Positions 1 through 8,597 of a stretch of 63,448 nucleotides of DNA are shown piece after piece; the stretch's first letter is position 1; each line of letters starts with the position of its first letter. The DNA lies in sequence record SRR9188677_103. One strand, given 5' to 3'. The notes under the pieces are model-generated. The model saw only the letters and a program-made list of their open reading frames with translations, was not told where the DNA came from and ran no database searches. Both the position numbers and the translations under genes were made by a program.

Positions 1-924
1 ATTATCCCGAGTAAGTGTTTCGCCCGCTTTGATGTTCTCGGATATATAGAGGGACCTGCGGAACTGCAGGGATTTTTTTTCAGCTTCTGTTGGGCCATAG
101 GTAATTTTACCCAGCGCCTGCCAGGCCCTTTCTGTTTCCGTTACCAGGCTTGCAAACTCTTCGGGTTCCAGTGAAAATGCGCTGTCCACTCCCCCATCCG
201 CTCTTCGCAGTGTAAAATGTTTTTCAATCACACAAACGCCCAATGCTACTGCAGCAACTGCCACACCGATACCCATGGTATGATCCGATAATCCGATCTC
301 GCAATTGAAGAGCTGACGCATATGCGGTATGGTTTGCAGGTTGCTGTTTGCAGGGATCGCGGGATAGGTGCTGGTACATTTTAACAGGATGAGGTCCCGG
401 CAACCAGCCTCCCTTGCCGCTGTAACCGCATCTGTCAGTTCAGCAAGAGAAGCCATGCCTGTAGAAATGATCATGGGTTTGCCGGTTGCTGCTACCTTCC
501 GGATCAATGGCAGGTGATTATTTTCAAAAGAAGCAATCTTATATGCGGGAACGTTGAGTGTTTCCAGAAAATCAACTGCAGTCTCATCAAAGGGACTGCT
601 GAAACAAACCATACCCAGTTCATTGGCCCTTTTCATAATAGGTTCGTGCCATTCCCATGGTGTATAGGCTTCCTTGTACAGCTTATGCAGGGTTTTACCG
701 TTCCATAAACTATTGTTATCCTCAATCTGGAAATCTTTGGTAGACACATCAAGTGTAATCGTATCAGCCGTATAGGTCTGTAATTTCAAGGCATGAGCAC
801 CTGCTTTGGCAGCCGCTTCCACAATTTCCATTGCCCTGTCGAGTGAGTTATTATGATTCCCCGACATTTCCGCAATCAGAAATGGTTTGTAGCTGGCTCC
901 TATATCAATATTACTTATTCGCAT
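1..924 (-). CDS. pseI: Pseudaminic acid synthase (NeuB family), 3' end truncated by window edge
   Basis: Not in ORF track; manual translation from ATG at 924: MRISNIDIGASYKPFLIAEMSGNHNNSLDRAMEIVEAAAKAGAHALKLQTYTADT, later LKCTSTYP, LSDHTMG, IEKHFTL; follows pseG/pseH-like genes. Confidence 0.9.
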   Translation of the reverse strand, partial: MRISNIDIGASYKPFLIAEMSGNHNNSLDRAMEIVEAAAKAGAHALKLQTYTADTITLDVSTKDFQIEDNNSLWNGKTLHKLYKEAYTPWEWHEPIMKRANELGMVCFSSPFDETAVDFLETLNVPAYKIASFENNHLPLIRKVAATGKPMIISTGMASLAELTDAVTAAREAGCRDLILLKCTSTYPAIPANSNLQTIPHMRQLFNCEIGLSDHTMGIGVAVAAVALGVCVIEKHFTLRRADGGVDSAFSLEPEEFASLVTETERAWQALGKITYGPTEAEKKSLQFRRSLYISENIKAGETLTRDN

Positions 925-931
925 GCTGCTT

Positions 932-1381
932 TTATTTATTATCCAGTGTAAACTTAATGAGTTGAATCCCGTTTTCCTCTGTGATGCCAGTGTTGATAAA
1001 TCCGACCCGTTCAAAAATTTTCACGGAAGCCAGATTGGCCGGTTTCACATAGGCAGCTATCTTTGCCTGGCCGATGGCCGCTAATCCAAGCCGGATTATT
1101 TTCTCGCCATATCCTTTTCCCCTTTGTGCAGCTGAAACAGAGTAACCGATCACCCATTCATCCGCTGCCTGCTCAAAACGGATCAATCCGATATTTTCCG
1201 AATCATCCACCAATATATACATCCGGGTATGGTCACTTTTCAGTTTTCTTTCAAACCATTTTATATGATCTTCCTGTGAGATGGCTGCACTGTTCACAGA
1301 CATTTCCCTCACAGCCGGATCATTTGCCCACCGGAACAGGAGTTCACTGTCGTTCATATCTACTGTTCTAAGTCTGATCAT
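932..1381 (-). CDS. pseH: GNAT N-acetyltransferase, PseH-like
   Basis: GNAT motifs QRGKGYG and NLASVKIFERVGF; WANDPAVR N-terminus; between pseG and pseI. Confidence 0.7.
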   Translation of the reverse strand: MIRLRTVDMNDSELLFRWANDPAVREMSVNSAAISQEDHIKWFERKLKSDHTRMYILVDDSENIGLIRFEQAADEWVIGYSVSAAQRGKGYGEKIIRLGLAAIGQAKIAAYVKPANLASVKIFERVGFINTGITEENGIQLIKFTLDNK

Positions 1382-2394
1382 CTGACAAGTTCCCTGAATA
1401 GCTGCCTGAAATGACTTTCAGACGCCAATGGATTTTCGAGTATACTGACCGGGTTTTCTACACGTGCAACCGTATCCGTCACTGTTTGCGCCGTTAGTTC
1501 TTCATGATTTCCTAGACCTACAGCTAAGTTATTATCCACGAAACCATCATATAAGCGTTGCTGGTTTTGTGCGGTAAGTACAGTAAAGCAATACAAACCG
1601 CGTGCGTAAGCTTCTATCAAAACTGTACTCGCAGAAACAAAAGCAAAACGGCACCGGTCCATGACAGCTACAATTGAGTCAGCCGAAAGATTCTGGTAAA
1701 GCGTGGTGCCACCTTCTTCTTCCATGCTCCGAAGTTCACTAAGAAGTTCATTGCTGAAATGGCTGGTACCTAAAACGTGTATATGGCTGAACCTTTTTGA
1801 GGCTTTCAGCCAACGACATACGGAGCGTGTGATGCCGTTTGTATCCGAACCACCCATGCTTACATAGATATCTGCACCGCTTTTTTCATCGGGGAACACC
1901 CTGAAGAAGGCTCTCCGCAAAATAGCATAGTCAAGCCCAATACAAAGCCTTGCCCTTGTAGGCTGATAGCAGGCGGGTGAAAGTCCAGGTGCATGGTTGA
2001 TGATTGCCTGGGCGAAGGGGTATTCATGTAAGAGATCATCTACAAAAACCTGGCTGCACTTTTCTTGAGACAATGCGAACTGGTATTGCTCAAGAAAATG
2101 ATACCCGTCGATGACAACGATATCCTTTTCGGTCAAAATTCCCTGCAGATCAAAAGGGAATCCATTTTCTGCTGAGGCGGTGTCCGGATGTACATAATCG
2201 TAAGGAATATCCAGTTCGATCAGGTCTTCACAAACAGCTAAAATTTCCTGTCGCTGTTTTTCATCCGGTCGGTTGATGGCAAACAAGCAGGAGAAATCAT
2301 CATTCACCATCTGTGCAATTGCCAGTAAGCGGTAAAAATGGCCGAAACCTATACCTGCATTTCCATCTGCCCTAAAAACGATCCGCTTTCTCAC
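1378..2394 (-). CDS. pseG: UDP-2,4-diacetamido-2,4,6-trideoxy-beta-L-altropyranose hydrolase
   Basis: FRADGNAGIGFGHFYR N-terminal motif, IDGY, VDD, MGGSD; GT-B-like hydrolase; ATGA overlap with pseH. Confidence 0.8.
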   Translation of the reverse strand: MRKRIVFRADGNAGIGFGHFYRLLAIAQMVNDDFSCLFAINRPDEKQRQEILAVCEDLIELDIPYDYVHPDTASAENGFPFDLQGILTEKDIVVIDGYHFLEQYQFALSQEKCSQVFVDDLLHEYPFAQAIINHAPGLSPACYQPTRARLCIGLDYAILRRAFFRVFPDEKSGADIYVSMGGSDTNGITRSVCRWLKASKRFSHIHVLGTSHFSNELLSELRSMEEEGGTTLYQNLSADSIVAVMDRCRFAFVSASTVLIEAYARGLYCFTVLTAQNQQRLYDGFVDNNLAVGLGNHEELTAQTVTDTVARVENPVSILENPLASESHFRQLFRELVR

Positions 2395-3758
2395 AATAAT
2401 TTTCTGAATACGGCTTTTGCAGGTTCACCTACCAGGTAGGCGTTATAGCCTTCGGTAATCGCAGATTTATATACCTGTAATGATTCTTCAAATGCTTTGG
2501 CGAAATAATGGACATCTGCCTCAGAATGTGAGAAACAGGGCACAAATATTCCCTGAAACAGTACACCCCGTCTGATCATTTCCTGCATCATCAATGTCCG
2601 GAACCCTTGGCAGAACTGGCCTTTCTCATTTTTGAAAATGAAAGTAGGCATCCAGTCACAGGGAACCACCTGTATATATGCCGACAAACCAGCATCAGCC
2701 ACCAATGCTTGGCAGCTTGACCATACCTGTTTGCCAATCGTATGTAAATGTTGTAATACATTATGTGTTTTAAAAGCTTCAATGGAGGCTATGGCTGCCG
2801 ACATGCCATGTGTTTCCCCTCCGTGAGTGGTTGAGATCAGGAATACTTTCTCTTCTCCGGTATTGGTAATCCCTCCTAATTCCATCACTTCCCTTGTGCC
2901 TGTTAACGCACAAAATGAGAATCCGTTTGCGATGCCTTTACCCCAGGTAGCCATATCGGGTCGCAGGCCATATTTTGATATTGATCCGGGGAACCCGGTT
3001 TTGAATCCTGTGATCATTTCATCTATGATGAAAAGTGCACCATTGGCATGCGTGAGTTCAATGGCTTCCTTCAGGAATTGTTGAACCGGTGTTGTACAGC
3101 TGCAGCCGCTTCCGCAGGTACTTTTTTCCGGCTCAGTTATTACACAGGCGATCTGGCCGGGATATTTTTCAAACAAGGCTTTCAGTGAATTGATGTCGCA
3201 GGATTTGAAGGTTACCGAAAGATCGGTAAATTCCTCCGGCACTCCCTTATTGCAGGCTGTGGTTCCGATAAACCAATCATCGTAACTGTAGAAAGGATGA
3301 TCACCGGGAAAGGCAACCAGCTTCCGGCCGGTTTTGGCACGTGCAAGCTTAACCGCTGCCGTGGTAACGATCGAACCGTTTTTGGCAAATTTTACCATGT
3401 CGTGCTGCGGCACCAATGCTAAAAAGGTTTCTGCCATTTTTTTCTCCAGTACAGACGGACGCTGAAAATTCACCCCTCGCTCTATCTCTGCCTGAACAGC
3501 TTGTACCACAGGTGCATAGGCATGCCCGAGACTTACACTGGTCAAACCCATGGAACAATCAAGAAATTCATTGCCGTCAATGTCCCAAACATGGGATCCT
3601 TTACCATGGTCAATGGCAGCCGGAGATAATAAAGGAAATTGGTCATCCCCTTTTGAATACGTGTGGCTTCCGCCGGGTATCAATTGATGTATGCTTTTCC
3701 TGTATGCATCAGAAGCAGTGAATTTACTGATGTTGCGAAGTATAGGTTCTGTTGACAT
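2391..3758 (-). CDS. Class III PLP aminotransferase, glutamate-1-semialdehyde aminomutase-like
   Basis: PGGSHTYSKG, WDIDGNEFLD, DEMITGF, WGKGIANG (PLP lysine), STTHGGE. Confidence 0.85.
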   Translation of the reverse strand: MSTEPILRNISKFTASDAYRKSIHQLIPGGSHTYSKGDDQFPLLSPAAIDHGKGSHVWDIDGNEFLDCSMGLTSVSLGHAYAPVVQAVQAEIERGVNFQRPSVLEKKMAETFLALVPQHDMVKFAKNGSIVTTAAVKLARAKTGRKLVAFPGDHPFYSYDDWFIGTTACNKGVPEEFTDLSVTFKSCDINSLKALFEKYPGQIACVITEPEKSTCGSGCSCTTPVQQFLKEAIELTHANGALFIIDEMITGFKTGFPGSISKYGLRPDMATWGKGIANGFSFCALTGTREVMELGGITNTGEEKVFLISTTHGGETHGMSAAIASIEAFKTHNVLQHLHTIGKQVWSSCQALVADAGLSAYIQVVPCDWMPTFIFKNEKGQFCQGFRTLMMQEMIRRGVLFQGIFVPCFSHSEADVHYFAKAFEESLQVYKSAITEGYNAYLVGEPAKAVFRKLL

Positions 3759-3780
3759 ATAATCTGTTTTAACTGAAATA

Positions 3781-4533
3781 TCAAAGGTTCATGGTAGCGT
3801 ACCCCTGTTCCGTGTAGGGAGCGATCAGTTCCTTCATCAATGGATGCTGATCAAAATAAGTCACTATATGCGGAATAGAGAAACGAGGTGCGTCATTTGC
3901 GAAAACGCCATATAAGGTTCGGCAAACGGCAAGATCTTCCGGATTGTCTACTGTTAAACGCAGGTCTTTCCTGATCAGTGTTTCCGGTGGCAATACTTTA
4001 CGGATAAGGAAATCCGCTGCATGTTCCCTGATAAATAATGTACAAAGTTCAGAACGATGCCTGTTTTCACCGTTCTGATGAGAAAGTTCAAGTGCAGACA
4101 GTTTGATGATCTCAAAACCGCACCCATCTATGATCTCATCAAGGAAGGTAGCGTCCACATTTTCCTGCTGGTGTTTTTCCCACAATGCTTCAACGGGTTC
4201 GAAATACAGGAAAGGAGACTCACTGGTTACCCGGAAAATATCTGTGGCATCGCCCAAACGGCCACAGTTAATCAATCGTAATAATACATCCCGCTCATCG
4301 CCCACTACATACCGGAGGCCTTTTTCTTCAGCCACCCTTTTAAATACCTCGTTTTCGATCCCTTCAGAAATTCCCAAGATGATCTCATCTATACAGGATA
4401 GGGTTCTGAGGCAGGCAATGATGTTATCCAGGATTCGTATTCCTTTCGCCACATCAAGGTTCTGGAGTGGTTTTCCGTACAATCTTGAACCCTGGTTACG
4501 GCAGGCAATGGCGGCAACTAACCTTCTGCTCAT
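3781..4533 (-). CDS. SpsF-like cytidylyltransferase (CMP-ulosonate synthetase family)
   Basis: IACRNQGSRLYGKPL, GDERDVLLR, RLTVDNPED motifs of the SpsF/CTP_transf_3 family. Confidence 0.75.
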   Translation of the reverse strand: MSRRLVAAIACRNQGSRLYGKPLQNLDVAKGIRILDNIIACLRTLSCIDEIILGISEGIENEVFKRVAEEKGLRYVVGDERDVLLRLINCGRLGDATDIFRVTSESPFLYFEPVEALWEKHQQENVDATFLDEIIDGCGFEIIKLSALELSHQNGENRHRSELCTLFIREHAADFLIRKVLPPETLIRKDLRLTVDNPEDLAVCRTLYGVFANDAPRFSIPHIVTYFDQHPLMKELIAPYTEQGYATMNL

Positions 4534-4539
4534 AGGTAA

Positions 4540-5550
4540 CTATTGGTTTATGTCGTTCAAAGAGATGGCTGAATTGGCCTGGACACTGTTCTGCAGTTTC
4601 CTGCCATACAGCGCTTTCAGGTCGTTGATGACCTGTTCAGCTGAAGTACGCTTAAGGATCAGGTCATCCGGCGAAAGAATCGTTTCCGCAGCGAGATCTC
4701 TGGCTGATACTACATGCCTACGGATCATTTGGCGGTAACCTTTTTCTGCTTCACTCATCCCGAAACCTTCTTCTATCGCCGACGTTCCCATAGCAAGGCT
4801 GCAATCGCGTACTACAGAAGTGAATTCAAGGAATTCATCCGGATTCAATGCAGATTCATGGTCTTCCATCTTCATACACTGACCCAGCGTCAGGTGTTTT
4901 TCTATTACTTCAGCGCCTGCACCTACCGCCGAAGCGGCCAATGCATACCGTAAGGGTGAGGAGGGATCTGCATGATCCGCAAAACCGATCCTGACATTTG
5001 AATATTTACCTGTCAGGTAAGATTTTAATGATGATACACGTATGATCTGGTTGGTTTCATTGGGTGTGGGGTATCCCTGAAAACCCAGCAGAATAATCAC
5101 TTCTTTATTTTCAAGTAACCCAATCGCCTGCATGATCTCCGACAGGTGTGCACCACCTGCTCCCAGCAAAACATTTTGTATACTGCTGGCCGCTACAGCC
5201 GTGAGCAAGCCTATATTGGCAATATCCGTTCCATGCAGTTTAATACCTGTAACCCCGATCTGCTCAGATAGTTGCAGACTTTTCACTCCGAAAATATCAA
5301 GATAAAGTTCAATTCCCGATTCTTTGGCGTAGTTGGCCAGGTTCTGCCAGTCTGCATCCGGCATTTCGAGCGATCGGAAGAGATCATAATATTTGTAATC
5401 CGGCGTAGCCAGTTCATCTGCATAAACCAACTGAAATTTGGCAGCGTCGGCACCTGCAGCAGCAGACGCCCTGATCAGTAACCGGGCCTGGCCGTAATTT
5501 CCTTCAAACCCCTGTGCCAGTTCGGCTATTATGGATATTTTTTTAGTCAT
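4540..5550 (-). CDS. Divergent NeuB-family ulosonic acid synthase with C-terminal SAF domain
   Basis: IIAELAQG, GADAAKFQ, GFADH, IEKHLTL; SAF-like tail RRHVVSARDL. Confidence 0.8.
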   Translation of the reverse strand: MTKKISIIAELAQGFEGNYGQARLLIRASAAAGADAAKFQLVYADELATPDYKYYDLFRSLEMPDADWQNLANYAKESGIELYLDIFGVKSLQLSEQIGVTGIKLHGTDIANIGLLTAVAASSIQNVLLGAGGAHLSEIMQAIGLLENKEVIILLGFQGYPTPNETNQIIRVSSLKSYLTGKYSNVRIGFADHADPSSPLRYALAASAVGAGAEVIEKHLTLGQCMKMEDHESALNPDEFLEFTSVVRDCSLAMGTSAIEEGFGMSEAEKGYRQMIRRHVVSARDLAAETILSPDDLILKRTSAEQVINDLKALYGRKLQNSVQANSAISLNDINQ

Positions 5551-5552
5551 TG

Positions 5553-6422
5553 TTATTTCCAGTTATAAGGATACAGTAATTCCGTTTCATGAACATCGAT
5601 CGTATCAATCAGTTTCTTTTGTAAAGGAGCTAGGTCTTCGGCCAGAAAATGCATATTCCGGCTAAGCTGTTCCTTGTTATCTACACCAATAATCATCTCA
5701 TCAATAGCAGGTTGTTCATTCACATACTGCAAACAAAGGGATTCCATGGTAATACCTGTACCGTTGGTGATAGCGGTCAGTTGTTCCAGATAAGGCCGCA
5801 GCGGCAATAAATAAACAGGCAATACTGACAACTCTTTAAAAAACAAACCCTGCAAAAAAACCGAACGCACCTGAATCATTTTGCCTTTTTTTTTGGCCTC
5901 ATTCAGCAAAGCACCTCTTTTGCTGGCATTATCCAGCAGGTTAAATGGCAACTGTATTACGTCTATAGCAGTATCATGGATGGCTGTTTCGAATTGTGAA
6001 TTGGTATAGACAGACAATCCGATAGATTGGATCAGGTTCCTGCTCTTAAGAAGCAGCAGTTCGTCTAGAACAGAAGGAAAAGAAAGGTAATCTTCAAAAC
6101 TGTGGTAGAAATATACCTGAATCCGTGGTATGCTTAATTTGCTGAGCAGTTCAGAAAATCCATCTGTTACCGGAATTCCCTTGCTGATTTTGAATTTGGT
6201 ATTGACCGCAAACCGAATATCTCTTGTGCGGTGAAAACGGCTGATGATATCCTGTGCTGTACCATATGCATCGGCTGTATCCAGCTTACGTATTCCGGCC
6301 CTGTACGCCAGATCCAGCAGTTCAAATACCTCTTCTTCAGAAGGTTGTCCAGAGGCATTGTTAATACCATAGGGTAATCCGAACTGCACTGTTCCGAGTA
6401 TGATCTTACCGGGTTCTAACAT
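5553..6422 (-). CDS. Aldo/keto reductase
   Basis: LGTVQFGLPYG, LDTADAYG, IGLSVY, RSVFLQGL. Confidence 0.85.
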   Translation of the reverse strand: MLEPGKIILGTVQFGLPYGINNASGQPSEEEVFELLDLAYRAGIRKLDTADAYGTAQDIISRFHRTRDIRFAVNTKFKISKGIPVTDGFSELLSKLSIPRIQVYFYHSFEDYLSFPSVLDELLLLKSRNLIQSIGLSVYTNSQFETAIHDTAIDVIQLPFNLLDNASKRGALLNEAKKKGKMIQVRSVFLQGLFFKELSVLPVYLLPLRPYLEQLTAITNGTGITMESLCLQYVNEQPAIDEMIIGVDNKEQLSRNMHFLAEDLAPLQKKLIDTIDVHETELLYPYNWK

Positions 6423-6475
6423 GAAGCTGGGCTAACAATTTGATGCTTTTGGGGTATGCAAAAGAAGGCGGGGAT

Positions 6476-7648
6476 TTAAAATATGTTCTGGAAGCCCATC
6501 GGCTTTGTTATCGTATCTACCACTTCTTTCTGCTGTTCAGTTGTAAGTGTTGTGTAAATCGGAAGACTGATCGCTTCTGCATAGTAGTTTTCTGCAGCAG
6601 GATATTCAGCAGGATTATATCCGATTTTTTGATAGTAAGGATGTTTATACACCGGGATATAATGCAGGTTTACCAGGATGCCCTCGTTTCTCAACCTTTC
6701 GAAAAGTTCCAGGTGACTGATCACTCCCTTCTCCCTTTTGATTCTGATGACAAAAAGGTGCAATGCCGAATACGTATCTGGATGCTGCCAGGGCATCTGT
6801 ATCCAATCTTCAGTAAGCAGTTGCGTATAGGCTTTCGCTATCTCATGCCTTTTGGATACGAATGCTTCCAGCTGCTTCATCTGGCTCAATCCGAGTGCAG
6901 CCTGTATATCTGTCATCCGGAAATTATAACCAAGGCTCAGTTGCTGGTAAAACCAAGGGCCGTCGGAATGCTGTGTCATTTCACCTGCATTCCTCGTTAT
7001 TCCATGACTTCTCAAATGTGCAAGGGTATATGCGAGTTCACTGTTATTGGTAAGGGCCATACCGCCTTCACCGGTGGTAATGATCTTTACAGGGTGAAAA
7101 CTAAAAACAGTGATATCGCTGTAACGGCAATTACCCACGGGTTCACCGAGATATCTTCCGCCAATGGCATGCGAAGCATCTTCAATGATCCTGAAACCGT
7201 ATTTTTCAGACAGCGCATGAATCTCTTTCATCTCGCATGACTGGCCCGCTAAATGTACCGGGATCACCACTTTGGGCAGCTTTCCGGCATGTTCGGCTTT
7301 TTTGAGTTTTTCGGTAAGAGCCGTAACCGACATATTATACGTGCGTGGATCAATATCTACAAAATCAACATCTGCTCCGCAATAACGTGCACAGTTCGCA
7401 GAAGCAACAAAAGTAATAGGCGAGGTCCATACAAGGTCGCCCTTGCCAACACCGAGTGCCATACAGGCAAGATGTAAGGCTGCTGTTGCACTGTTTACCG
7501 CTACTCCATGTTTAACCCCACAGAATTGGGTAATAGCCATTTCAAAAGCAGGAACCACCGGCCCCTGTGTGAGAAAATCGGATTTGAGAACTTCAACTAC
7601 CGCCTCAATATCTGCCTGTGATATTTCCTGTTTGCCGTATGGAATCAT
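6476..7648 (-). CDS. pseC: UDP-4-amino-4,6-dideoxy-N-acetyl-beta-L-altrosamine transaminase
   Basis: MIPYGKQ, LTQGP, NSATAALH, IEDASHA, FSFHPVKIITTGEGG, GYNFRMTD. Confidence 0.88.
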   Translation of the reverse strand: MIPYGKQEISQADIEAVVEVLKSDFLTQGPVVPAFEMAITQFCGVKHGVAVNSATAALHLACMALGVGKGDLVWTSPITFVASANCARYCGADVDFVDIDPRTYNMSVTALTEKLKKAEHAGKLPKVVIPVHLAGQSCEMKEIHALSEKYGFRIIEDASHAIGGRYLGEPVGNCRYSDITVFSFHPVKIITTGEGGMALTNNSELAYTLAHLRSHGITRNAGEMTQHSDGPWFYQQLSLGYNFRMTDIQAALGLSQMKQLEAFVSKRHEIAKAYTQLLTEDWIQMPWQHPDTYSALHLFVIRIKREKGVISHLELFERLRNEGILVNLHYIPVYKHPYYQKIGYNPAEYPAAENYYAEAISLPIYTTLTTEQQKEVVDTITKPMGFQNIF

Positions 7649-8559
7649 AATAATTTTAGGGGATAAATGTAAGAATTCCTTTCCTGACTGTGAAGTATTT
7701 TTAGTTGACTGGCCACATCACCAATATTCCTACCAAGTGTATCGCGGAGTTTTTTATTGGAGATGCTGAGGTCCAAAGGCCGCTTGATCAATCCGGCTTT
7801 ATCACTGAAATGAATAGGCCGGATCCTGGTTGGATCCAATCCAAATTCCCGGGCTATCAGCACACCAAACTCAAATTTCGAGATTCGCTCATCGCCTACT
7901 ACATGAAATATGCCAGACGCTTTTTTATCAATCAATTCATGTACCACCGCTACCAGTGTCTGTATAAGGATGGGGGTAAAAAATACATCGGTAAAAAGAC
8001 TGATCTCCTTTCCTGAACGCAGGGCATTGATAATCGTATCGCTGAAAGAAGCCCGGTATGCAGGGCCCCATCCATAAAAATTAGTCCTGACAATCAAGGC
8101 TGCCGGATCATTTGCCATGACCAACTTCTCAGCTGCCAGTTTCGTTTTTCCATACTCATTTACTGGTGCCGGCAACATCAGCTCATCTGCATTTGGCGTT
8201 TCTCCCATAAACAAATGATCGGTTGAAATATGTACCAGTTGGCTACCCAGCGAAGCGGTAATGGCAGCGATGTCACCTGCTAATTGAACATTCACCGCAT
8301 ACGCAGCTTCGGGATCATTTTCGCAGGCTTCCACGTTGGTGAGTCCTGCGGTATGAATGACGATATCGGGCGCTATGGCACTGATCTGCTCACTGAGTTT
8401 TTCTACGGTAGTGGTATCCAGTATAACGGTTGCCGTATCATCCATTGATACCTTCCTGTTATGTAATCCAAGTATAACAGTGTAGTTCTCTTTTACCAAA
8501 AACCCCCAGTTCACTGCCAGTAAGCCGGACCCTCCTGTGATCAGAATCTTTTTTTTCAT
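7645..8559 (-). CDS. RmlD-like NAD(P)-dependent sugar 4-keto reductase
   Basis: ITGGSGLL, HTAGLTNVEACE, HISTDHLF, YGKTK; start moved from 8649 to ATG 8559 (MKKKILITG) to remove overlap with the upstream gene. Confidence 0.8.
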   Translation of the reverse strand: MKKKILITGGSGLLAVNWGFLVKENYTVILGLHNRKVSMDDTATVILDTTTVEKLSEQISAIAPDIVIHTAGLTNVEACENDPEAAYAVNVQLAGDIAAITASLGSQLVHISTDHLFMGETPNADELMLPAPVNEYGKTKLAAEKLVMANDPAALIVRTNFYGWGPAYRASFSDTIINALRSGKEISLFTDVFFTPILIQTLVAVVHELIDKKASGIFHVVGDERISKFEFGVLIAREFGLDPTRIRPIHFSDKAGLIKRPLDLSISNKKLRDTLGRNIGDVASQLKILHSQERNSYIYPLKLL

Positions 8560-8597
8560 CAAAAGCTGGATTTCCCTGATTTCATTCGCATAAATAG

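Noticed and set aside
2391-3758. hemL assignment
   Set aside because: Divergent GSA-like sequence coupled to pseG in a glycan operon; no heme genes nearby
5886-5894. A9/T9 homopolymers in coding regions (also near 51179 and 55293)
   Set aside because: Expected in AT-rich Lys/Phe codons; frames are intact
6440-7240. 266-aa plus-strand ORF
   Set aside because: Antisense shadow of pseC with no recognisable motifs
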